Shown in pieces: positions 7,262 to 14,711 of a stretch of 40,930 nt of DNA (its first letter is position 1; the number at the start of each line of letters is the position of its first letter). The notes under the pieces are model-generated. The model worked only from the letters and a program-made list of their open reading frames with translations. It was not told where the DNA came from and made no database searches. A program made the translations under genes and the position numbers. The DNA comes from a virus. Taxonomy: Duplodnaviria > Caudoviricetes. The stretch covers positions 1 to 40,930 of the IMG/VR virus record IMGVR_UViG_3300020045_006991; one strand, written 5' to 3'.

Positions 7262-8589
7262 ATAAACTCCCGAATAATAACTATGCCAGCAGTACCAGCC
7301 CCGCCGGCACTTGCGGCTGCTACATTAGTGGATACGCCTCCGCCACCACCCGCTCCTTGTCCGGTTGCCGGGTTCCCCGCCGATGAAACTGGGGACGAGG
7401 TTGTTGCAGCTATAGTTCTTCCGCCCATACCCATTTTAGACGCTCCTCCCTCCCCTCCCATTGCCGACGATGTAAAAATAAGTCCATGTTTTCCGTCTGC
7501 CCCTTGGATATTATAAATATTACCTCCAGTGCCCGCGCCGCCAACACCTACACCGGTGCCTGACGATATTTGAGGTACCGTGTAACTTACGCCAACCTTG
7601 CCTGCTGTACCCCCCGTCGCACTGATAAAAGCCCCAAATGAGCTTGTGCCCCCCGCCGTTCCATTCGCTCCTGATACGCCTGCACCTGCCGCGCCAACGG
7701 TGACAGTCACACCGGAAAATCCAGATGTTATTCTGCTTATGCCGTACCCTCCCGCGCCAGCTCCTGTCCCCGCGCACATTTGCGTAGTCGTAGTTGTTGC
7801 TAATGACCCGCCGCCGCCGCCGCCACCACCCTGCACCTCCACCTCGACCTGTTTAGTCCCTGCCGTTGGCGTATAGGTAAAAGTACCGGCTGTCGAAAAA
7901 ACCTGAATAGATGCCATGCCTCCGTTTATGGCAGGGTTTAAAAGAGTCCACGTCGTTGATGTTGCGTCGTAAATTAATTGCGCAAATTTTGGCATATCGC
8001 CAACTGCCAAAGCTACGCCGTTTTGCTTTGTAATAGTACGCGCGGTTAGCCCATTGGGACTAAAAGTAGCCCCGATAATCGCATTAGTGCCAACTGCCCC
8101 AGTATCAATGACAACGGTTAGACCTTCAGTTAATGCGCCCACAGTAGGGACAAAAGTGGCAGTATAAGCACTCGTTGTGCCACCTGCGTCCGCATACCAG
8201 TCTGGGCTAATTTGCGCCCATCCTGCGCCACCAGTATCTGGATTAGTCATGTTAGCATCGGCTGTGCATATCCATAACCCCGATAAATTCGCTTTGCGTA
8301 AAACCGCACCTATCGGATACCCACTAATAGCGGTCTGGAACGTGGCATCATAAAGAAACGTGCCGCCGCTGTTCAAAAACTTAATGACGTTCGATTGCTC
8401 AAACAGCAATCCGTTCATGTCCGCGCCCCACGGCGGAATGCCTCCGCTGGTTTTTGGGGTAAAATTTAACAGCCCAAAACCTTTGTCATAGCAGGCTTTG
8501 CCGTCCCCCAATGCTGGGTCGAGAATTGGGATTGCGTTTTTAGTGCCGTTAAGTGCAATTGCTCTTTGTATTTTTGTAGGTTCTGTCAT
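7258..8589 (-). CDS. Tail fibre protein with Gly-rich C-terminal domain
   Basis: N-terminal GF...P...GGIPP.G.DMNG.L baseplate-anchor motif; GGGGGGG/GAGAGG repeats. Confidence 0.85.
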   Translation of the reverse strand: MTEPTKIQRAIALNGTKNAIPILDPALGDGKACYDKGFGLLNFTPKTSGGIPPWGADMNGLLFEQSNVIKFLNSGGTFLYDATFQTAISGYPIGAVLRKANLSGLWICTADANMTNPDTGGAGWAQISPDWYADAGGTTSAYTATFVPTVGALTEGLTVVIDTGAVGTNAIIGATFSPNGLTARTITKQNGVALAVGDMPKFAQLIYDATSTTWTLLNPAINGGMASIQVFSTAGTFTYTPTAGTKQVEVEVQGGGGGGGGSLATTTTTQMCAGTGAGAGGYGISRITSGFSGVTVTVGAAGAGVSGANGTAGGTSSFGAFISATGGTAGKVGVSYTVPQISSGTGVGVGGAGTGGNIYNIQGADGKHGLIFTSSAMGGEGGASKMGMGGRTIAATTSSPVSSAGNPATGQGAGGGGGVSTNVAAASAGGAGTAGIVIIREFM

Positions 8590-8776
8590 TGTCTTTATCC
8601 TGTGTAAGCATTTTTCGTTTTTTAGCCTTAAGGTTTTTTTCTCTCGCCCTAAGCATAAGTTTTTTTAAACTATCGTCTGCATTGTTGAATTTTTCTTCCC
8701 ATAATAAACGCCTTGCCGATAATGATGCTTGTATCGTTTCCTCTGGTACTTTTTTACCTTTAGATATTAATTTCAT
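8549..8776 (-). CDS. C-terminal part of the GIY-YIG endonuclease (+1 frame)
   Basis: Frame extends upstream as KHTEESKAKMK, a NUMOD3-like motif, to the upstream stop. Confidence 0.65.
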   Translation of the reverse strand: MKLISKGKKVPEETIQASLSARRLLWEEKFNNADDSLKKLMLRAREKNLKAKKRKMLTQDKDNDRTYKNTKSNCT

Positions 8777-8801
8777 TTTAGCTTTGGATTCTTCTGTATG
8801 C

Positions 8802-9392
8802 TTAAAAGCAACTCATGAATAATCTATGCTTTTCTTTTTGTTGTTCTGATTGTTTTCTTCCAATAAGAGACAAAGAAATATTTATTTTTTGCAATTCAGT
8901 TCTTTTTGTTCCTGTTCTTGTTAATGATGATTTTCTTATTGCATCATCTGATTGCTTTCTTCCTTTTAGAGAATTACTCATCTTATTCCTATATTCAATC
9001 GACGTAACAGCGATTAAATGCGCCTCCCTATGCTCATTAGTCCATATTGATTTTTTCCCTAACCGATTTAAACTTATTTTTTTACGGGTTTCTTCTGAAA
9101 CTTTTTTATTTAATCCGCCATTAACTAAGTTATAACCATTTGGCGATAAAGTATTATGTTCTTTTATTAAAAGCTCTTCCCAATAATTGGATTCATCAAT
9201 CGTTAAATTATCTTTTAAAACCTCGTGTTTAAAATTATTCCATCCATGTTTTTTTATTGCGGATGTAAAAGCGGTATTCACTTTACATGATTTATGGGAA
9301 TTACATCTTCTTTTATAATTGTTCGTTTGCCCAATGTAACTTTTACCATTCGGGCTTGTATGCTTATAAACACAATAATTTAATTCTGACAT
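8802..9392 (-). CDS. Free-standing GIY-YIG homing endonuclease with NUMOD3-like repeats
   Basis: CVYKHTSPNGKSYIGQT...R...H...E...GYNL; SEETRKKIS repeats; ATG at 9392. Confidence 0.88.
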   Translation of the reverse strand: MSELNYCVYKHTSPNGKSYIGQTNNYKRRCNSHKSCKVNTAFTSAIKKHGWNNFKHEVLKDNLTIDESNYWEELLIKEHNTLSPNGYNLVNGGLNKKVSEETRKKISLNRLGKKSIWTNEHREAHLIAVTSIEYRNKMSNSLKGRKQSDDAIRKSSLTRTGTKRTELQKINISLSLIGRKQSEQQKEKHRLFMSCF

Positions 9393-9486
9393 TATCAATT
9401 CCTTAAATTGACACCTTAGAAAAATAACGGAAGCCAGTAAGGTGCTGGTTTTCGGGTTCGATGCCCTATCCGTTATGCGTATTATA
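9393..9486 (-). ncRNA. Structured leader RNA 1 (C4-like three-way junction) with -10 element
   Basis: TATAAT 9481-9486; stem 9469-9476 with 9424-9431; loop CACCUUA complementary to UAAGGUG (9412-9418) and UAAGG (9401-9405). Confidence 0.7.
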
Positions 9487-9488
9487 AC

Positions 9489-10136
9489 TTATCCAGAGTA
9501 AAAAATACCGCCATCAATCCCGTTTTCACCGAAGCCTTCGTACCCAAAGGCTTCGTTAAAGCCCCATAGTTCAGATGGTAGTTCAATCGCATTAACAAGC
9601 ACCCCAGCTGGACGCGGGAAAACTTTATGCTGTGTAAAAAGTGCTTTTTCCCACGCTGTTAAGTAAAACTCAAAAATATAATTCATGGTCATGTTCGCAG
9701 GTTGCGTAACATAGCACTTGCCGCGATCTTGGAAAAAATAAGTAAGAATGGTATTAAGGCTAAAAGCATCACAAGCAGCAATGTTCGCCATTGCCTTGGC
9801 TATCAGAACGCGCCTAAAAACATCATCGCTTAGTGCAAAAGTATCAGTCGTAGTCGTGCCGCTGTAAAAGATGCCATCATTAAAAGGTAATGCGTCGCCT
9901 TCTTGAAACCCAAAAAACACATTATCACTGGGAACTTGAAGATAGCGATCAACCCCGACTATCACACCCCAAATATCAAGCCAAACGCCTGTAGCTGTGT
10001 TGATATTGTAAAAGTTATCGTAAAATCCCTGTAAGTCGCTATCGATTGATAACCCTAAGGCAATTCGGTCAATAATGTCCGCAAGGTTTGAATTATCGCG
10101 CTGATATTGAGTATAAATAGTTTTATGACGACTCAT
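9489..10136 (-). CDS. Baseplate wedge protein (DUF2612-like)
   Basis: TATGVWLDIWGVIVGVDR, LSDDVFR, PRPAGV; follows baseplate J. Confidence 0.85.
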   Translation of the reverse strand: MSRHKTIYTQYQRDNSNLADIIDRIALGLSIDSDLQGFYDNFYNINTATGVWLDIWGVIVGVDRYLQVPSDNVFFGFQEGDALPFNDGIFYSGTTTTDTFALSDDVFRRVLIAKAMANIAACDAFSLNTILTYFFQDRGKCYVTQPANMTMNYIFEFYLTAWEKALFTQHKVFPRPAGVLVNAIELPSELWGFNEAFGYEGFGENGIDGGIFYSG

Positions 10137-10138
10137 AA

Positions 10139-11365
10139 CTATACCAGTGTTATTGTGATGTCAGTTGTTGCAAGCGTAGGCGTTTTATCAATCCCTGCGT
10201 AAACCGTGTTAGTCCATGCTATGCCGTCTAAGCTTACATCGATGTCAAGCACTTGGATATTTGCCACGTTTTTTATGATGTTAGCTAGATAGCGGTTAGC
10301 TAATACAGTCGCCCCGATACGCGCCCTTGGCAATCCGTCCTGCCCGTTAAAGCTTTGCACAATTGCGGCTTTTATTAAGTCCGAATAATTGGCAGGTAGC
10401 AAAACATCATTGATAGCTTGCACTCTAAAATAAATCGGTAGACTTGTTGGGCGATTGAATTTAACTGTGTACGCGGGTTGCGGAAATGAATAACTCATGT
10501 CTTTAATAATCACACTTGTATTGCCGTTATAATCTGCCCCAACGTCTTTTTTAGTCGCTATCGCCGTGGCTATATCGGTATCATTGCCGCCAACTACCGC
10601 AACATAAATACTGTGCGCTGCTACGCTAAATCCATCAATAACCTGGGTTGCGTTCGTGTAATTTTCATACGCGTAAACGTCAATAACGTCGGTTACACCA
10701 AACACAGCCGCGTAGATGCTGGCAAGCGTTCCATGCGCGTTATTCGCCACACTATTAAAGCGTCTAAACTCAAAATCCTGTTGACTCTCAACATCCGCTC
10801 CAACCGTTCCAGCACTTGGGTTGTTGCAACTATCCCATCCGACAACCGTTTGAAATATCCGTGTGACTGTATTTGCACCACAAGCCAGCGCACCATTAAC
10901 CACGTTTTCAAAAGCAATTGTGACCGTTCCCGCGCTAATTGCGCCTGTTCCAACGGCTTGATAAATATTGCCTGCCAAGTCCTCAACTTTCGCACCGACA
11001 GGAATAACCGTGCCATCTAAACCACTACACACGACTAAAACACTGGTTGGTAGCGCGGGTTTTCGAGTTAAAAAATATAACCACGCGATAGCGTCTTGGT
11101 ATATGCCGCTTGCGTATTTTGGATTTACTTGATTAGATAAAAAGCGAATATTGTCGTTAATCTCGCCTTTTATCTGTGTGATTGATTCGGCGAGCTGCCC
11201 TTGTGGCGTGGACATTGACGATGGGACATTAACATCTAAATTAAGATTGCCGCCGAATGCTGTCTGTAAATCAGTAACGACACCCGCTAAAATATCGGGT
11301 TCATCGGCTGTGATTAAGCCATTGCCGTTCCATGTGTTCGGTGGTATTGCGGTTGTGAGTGTCAT
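10139..11365 (-). CDS. Baseplate J/gp47-like protein
   Basis: TPQGQLA, GTVIPVG, G.D.ES...F..RR motifs; position. Confidence 0.88.
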   Translation of the reverse strand: MTLTTAIPPNTWNGNGLITADEPDILAGVVTDLQTAFGGNLNLDVNVPSSMSTPQGQLAESITQIKGEINDNIRFLSNQVNPKYASGIYQDAIAWLYFLTRKPALPTSVLVVCSGLDGTVIPVGAKVEDLAGNIYQAVGTGAISAGTVTIAFENVVNGALACGANTVTRIFQTVVGWDSCNNPSAGTVGADVESQQDFEFRRFNSVANNAHGTLASIYAAVFGVTDVIDVYAYENYTNATQVIDGFSVAAHSIYVAVVGGNDTDIATAIATKKDVGADYNGNTSVIIKDMSYSFPQPAYTVKFNRPTSLPIYFRVQAINDVLLPANYSDLIKAAIVQSFNGQDGLPRARIGATVLANRYLANIIKNVANIQVLDIDVSLDGIAWTNTVYAGIDKTPTLATTDITITLV

Positions 11366-11404
11366 GTTTTAAACCTTGTTGGTTTCACTTGTCTTTTTTA
11401 AAGG

Positions 11405-11758
11405 CTAAAAATTAACCCCGTTCGTTACCCCTGCCGCGTCCGTGATTATCACCTGCCCTGTAATTTCCCTGTCTACAAAAGTAGCAATAACGGCTTTTGC
11501 CTTAACTACGCCAGTAACTGATAATGCCGCTTTTTCCAGATAGTCTCTAACGATTGTCAAGTTCGGTTTTTCGCCAAAAATCACGCCATAGTAAGGGATT
11601 CCAATTTGCTGATAATACCATAAATCGGCGGTAAATGTGCGGATAGCACAGCACACATCTTGAGCCAGTCGGTACGGATCATCGGCTAACGCCCAATTGC
11701 CGTTTGCGTCTAATAAAATGTTTCCCCAATTGTCTGGGTCTTGCAATAAAGTTTGCAT
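11405..11758 (-). CDS. Baseplate wedge / sheath initiator (gp25/gp46-like)
   Basis: AQDV..AIRTF..DLWY....GIPY; precedes baseplate J. Confidence 0.75.
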   Translation of the reverse strand: MQTLLQDPDNWGNILLDANGNWALADDPYRLAQDVCCAIRTFTADLWYYQQIGIPYYGVIFGEKPNLTIVRDYLEKAALSVTGVVKAKAVIATFVDREITGQVIITDAAGVTNGVNF

Positions 11759-12303
11759 TATGATACTTCCTTGCCGCCGATACTAAAAATATGACTAATA
11801 ATGCCTGTAAAATTATCGTTTAGTCTGATAATAAGCCTATCACCCGCTTTTAACGACAACGGGCACCCATACTGCTCAATCGCATGAATATGAACAAGCG
11901 CGGTTTGTGCAGAACCAGCCCACGCCGTAATATCGTATCGATTGCTCATCGCTTGAAAATCAGAATTAGTCTTTATGGTCAATGCATTGAATAATGGCAC
12001 TTCTGGCAATCCAGTGGGTTTAAAGAAAAATTTAATTCCATTTGTCAGTGCTGCATTGTTGGCATAATCTGAATATGCAAATAACCCGGCATCAACAATG
12101 CTGATCTGCATTGAGTACAGTAAAAAATCCCCAACAGCCTGATAATAAATATCTTGCGATACGGTCGCATAATTGCCATTAAAATTATTTAAACCACTTC
12201 CATCGCCTGCCGCAGTCAAAAAAATATGACGTGGTCGTTCAATACTTCCCGATTGACCAGTTATTGATACCGGTATTGCTTCTGTGTTTGCTGTTTTTGT
12301 CAT
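11758..12303 (-). CDS. Hypothetical, probably virion-associated beta-rich protein
   Basis: 181-aa ORF coupled between the spike and wedge genes. Confidence 0.7.
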   Translation of the reverse strand: MTKTANTEAIPVSITGQSGSIERPRHIFLTAAGDGSGLNNFNGNYATVSQDIYYQAVGDFLLYSMQISIVDAGLFAYSDYANNAALTNGIKFFFKPTGLPEVPLFNALTIKTNSDFQAMSNRYDITAWAGSAQTALVHIHAIEQYGCPLSLKAGDRLIIRLNDNFTGIISHIFSIGGKEVS

Positions 12304-12896
12304 GATACTGCCCCTGTAGTTCCGCCGCCTGTTTGTACGCCGCCGTGCGTGTGAGAATCAGCTATATTTTTGCCATTACTCGTGACTGTACCAGTCATAA
12401 CCACCGCGCCGTTCAATTTAATGGTCATCGCCACAATATCAATTTCACCGTCCACCATTTTTATGTAGGTCGTTGGCGCGGGTGATATTGCACTAATACA
12501 GCCAATATAACAACCGTCCGCATAATCAAATTTACGGTATGAGGTTGGTGGTGCTTCTTTGCCACTTGCTTGCACACCGCTTACATCGTTTTGAGCATAA
12601 ACACATAGCCCCTTGTCACCGACAACAGGATCAATAATAATAGCCGCGCCGCCTGCTTGATAGCGAAAATAAGGCAGTCCGTGAATTATGCTGTGATCTA
12701 TCGGCTTATCATCAGCTGATAATTGAGTGACTAACGGCTTAACATCCACCGTTTTTAGTAAAATATCGACTGCCATCACTTGCACCCAATCACAAGTATT
12801 TATTGCTCGTTCAAGCGTGTGATTAATAATATGTTCAAGCTGTGCCGATTCGCTGTTTTGGGCGTAAGGTGTGCGGGTTATATTTTTGTCTGACAT
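12300..12896 (-). CDS. Baseplate central spike (gp138/gpV-like)
   Basis: VDVKPLV, DPVVGDKG, C-terminal HTHGGV metal-binding HxH. Confidence 0.85.
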   Translation of the reverse strand: MSDKNITRTPYAQNSESAQLEHIINHTLERAINTCDWVQVMAVDILLKTVDVKPLVTQLSADDKPIDHSIIHGLPYFRYQAGGAAIIIDPVVGDKGLCVYAQNDVSGVQASGKEAPPTSYRKFDYADGCYIGCISAISPAPTTYIKMVDGEIDIVAMTIKLNGAVVMTGTVTSNGKNIADSHTHGGVQTGGGTTGAVS

Positions 12897-13769
12897 TTAG
12901 CCGCCTGCTGCATTTTTAAATTCAACACCTGTAAACCATGAGCCGCTAGGGGTCATGCACTCTAGGTCGTGCATAACAGATACTGGAACCCACTTGCCAT
13001 TTGCTAAAGGAAAATCATTGCTTTTAACCTCGTAGCTTTTGGTTAGGTCAAAGTCTGGATAAAAAAGAGTTCTGATAGATAGCCCACTACCGCCCGCTTT
13101 TGGTGTGCCAATCATTTGCGGGACGTTGTTTGGCTCACTGCTAATTATCACATCGGCAGTTTCTTCTTTTCCTTCTTGCCAAATTTGCAATTTATTATCA
13201 TTCACACCATGCCCACATCCTGCCGCCCGTGCGCATTTGGCTATTTTATCCCAAGTTGTGCCAACAAAATAAGGATTATTTAGCGTAGCAGTCACGCCTT
13301 TATTTTCAAAAGCATAACCTGCTGTCTTTGCAAAATCAGCCATTAAATCAGCGACTTTAACGCTACCCTTGTACGACGATGCACCGACTGGCGTTATGTC
13401 CGCGCCCATTGCACTTGATGCTAAAATCTGAAACTCGCTAATCGGTTGCTGAACATTGCAAAACGCACTGTAAATAGTCCCTTCGTAAACAGTCTGTAAA
13501 GTCTCGCCAACATTACCCGCCGCCACTAAAATACGGTGGTTATTGTTAGATTGCCGAATAAAACCTGTAGTCGTTAGCCGTGCCATCATATCAGGGGTTA
13601 ATCCGTGAATGGAGCATTGTAACTGCCCTTGCGTTGCCATCGTACCGCCAACTACCGCCACTTTGATACGCAAGCCGCTAAACGTGACCTTCTCATAAAC
13701 AGGCTTTTCTGGTTCGCCGGTGTTTAAGCTAACCGTTATTTCAACAATTCGTTCTGATAATTCAGCCAT
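12897..13769 (-). CDS. Baseplate hub protein
   Basis: Size, position, IHGL...M and W.T C-terminal patterns. Confidence 0.75.
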   Translation of the reverse strand: MAELSERIVEITVSLNTGEPEKPVYEKVTFSGLRIKVAVVGGTMATQGQLQCSIHGLTPDMMARLTTTGFIRQSNNNHRILVAAGNVGETLQTVYEGTIYSAFCNVQQPISEFQILASSAMGADITPVGASSYKGSVKVADLMADFAKTAGYAFENKGVTATLNNPYFVGTTWDKIAKCARAAGCGHGVNDNKLQIWQEGKEETADVIISSEPNNVPQMIGTPKAGGSGLSIRTLFYPDFDLTKSYEVKSNDFPLANGKWVPVSVMHDLECMTPSGSWFTGVEFKNAAGG

Positions 13770-14046
13770 AGTAATTCAATATCCACCGTGTGCCAAAGCC
13801 AGTATAAACTGGGTCGCTCACTCCTTGCGTATCTTCAAATTGTAGCGTACCGACAAAGCCGCGATAATCAGCAAATAGCACCGGCACACGGTCAAGGCAC
13901 AACTGCCCTTGAATCATCAAGACCGTATTGACCGTTACATCAATAAAAACACCTGTGCTTTTTTGCTTAATCACTATCAAGCACTTTTGACCACCAAGCA
14001 TGACCGTCAAGTCTTGGTTTGCATATTGATTTATTGGGATTATCAT
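13762..14046 (-). CDS. Small baseplate (plug-like) protein
   Basis: IPI...NQ.L.V.LGGQ.C...F.DTQG..DP.YTG.G.RW.L.Y. Confidence 0.75.
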   Translation of the reverse strand: MIIPINQYANQDLTVMLGGQKCLIVIKQKSTGVFIDVTVNTVLMIQGQLCLDRVPVLFADYRGFVGTLQFEDTQGVSDPVYTGFGTRWILNYYG

Positions 14047-14162
14047 TTTCTAACACGCCTTTTCTTGTTGCACTCATAACTAGACTCTAGTTTTTGTAAA
14101 GCCCACCATGCGACACCACACGCCACAACAAAAACAGTTGCAAAAAAATACAATAATTTCAT
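14043..14162 (-). CDS. 39-aa membrane / possible lipoprotein peptide
   Basis: MKLLYFFATVFVVACGVAWWALQ...*; ATGA overlaps at both ends. Confidence 0.55.
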   Translation of the reverse strand: MKLLYFFATVFVVACGVAWWALQKLESSYECNKKRRVRK

Positions 14163-14710
14163 TTTGCTTGTACCTGTCCCGTGCTTTTCTTTGCTTCACC
14201 TGATGGCGTTGCTGGTTTTTGGTAACGAGAATTTTTATTAATCCGCACCTCTTTTAAAACAAAGTCTACCGCTAATAAGCTGTACCCTTGTTCCGCACCG
14301 CGCTGATAATCGATTGATGTTAAGTTTACGTCATTATACACACGGTCGGGCGTGACAAATTTATAGAGCGTTAGACTATCAAGCATCTTTTCACAATCTT
14401 CTAAAAATTGCACCCTGTCTGCTGCATTTGATTTTGTGCCGCGTGTGTGAATAACAAAGGGGGCTGCTACCTTGTTGTAACTCACAAACGCCCCCTGCTC
14501 CTGTGGTGCGTCCGATATACTCGACTCGTTATGATAGTCAAAGTTTATGCAACTATCCCACTGTAAAATTACCGCGTCCGTCTCGCTGTCACAGATAGCA
14601 TACACGCGCTGTTGTCCGCCGAATAATCCAGTAAGAGCAGAAATAGGCGATAGTACCCGCGCTATGGTGATTGTCGCACCTTGCCACAATGGAGGGATTC
14701 CAAATGCCAT
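14159..14710 (-). CDS. Dit-like baseplate / tube initiator protein
   Basis: ISDAPQEQGAFVSYNKV..P, VTPDRVY; follows tape measure. Confidence 0.8.
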   Translation of the reverse strand: MAFGIPPLWQGATITIARVLSPISALTGLFGGQQRVYAICDSETDAVILQWDSCINFDYHNESSISDAPQEQGAFVSYNKVAAPFVIHTRGTKSNAADRVQFLEDCEKMLDSLTLYKFVTPDRVYNDVNLTSIDYQRGAEQGYSLLAVDFVLKEVRINKNSRYQKPATPSGEAKKSTGQVQAK

Positions 14711-14711
14711 A

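Noticed and set aside
8549-9486. Group I intron around the GIY-YIG genes
   Set aside because: Flanking non-coding sequence is under about 110 nt, too short for a catalytic core, and neighbouring genes are intact.
9393-9486. tRNA gene (TTCGA-containing hairpin)
   Set aside because: No cloverleaf with acceptor, D and anticodon arms; only about 55 nt are structured. No tRNA was recognised elsewhere.
9489-9930. Repeated GF.E...GIFYSG motif in the baseplate gene as an insertion-linked duplication
   Set aside because: Both copies lie in one intact ORF on the same side of the cassette; it looks like an intrinsic repeat.
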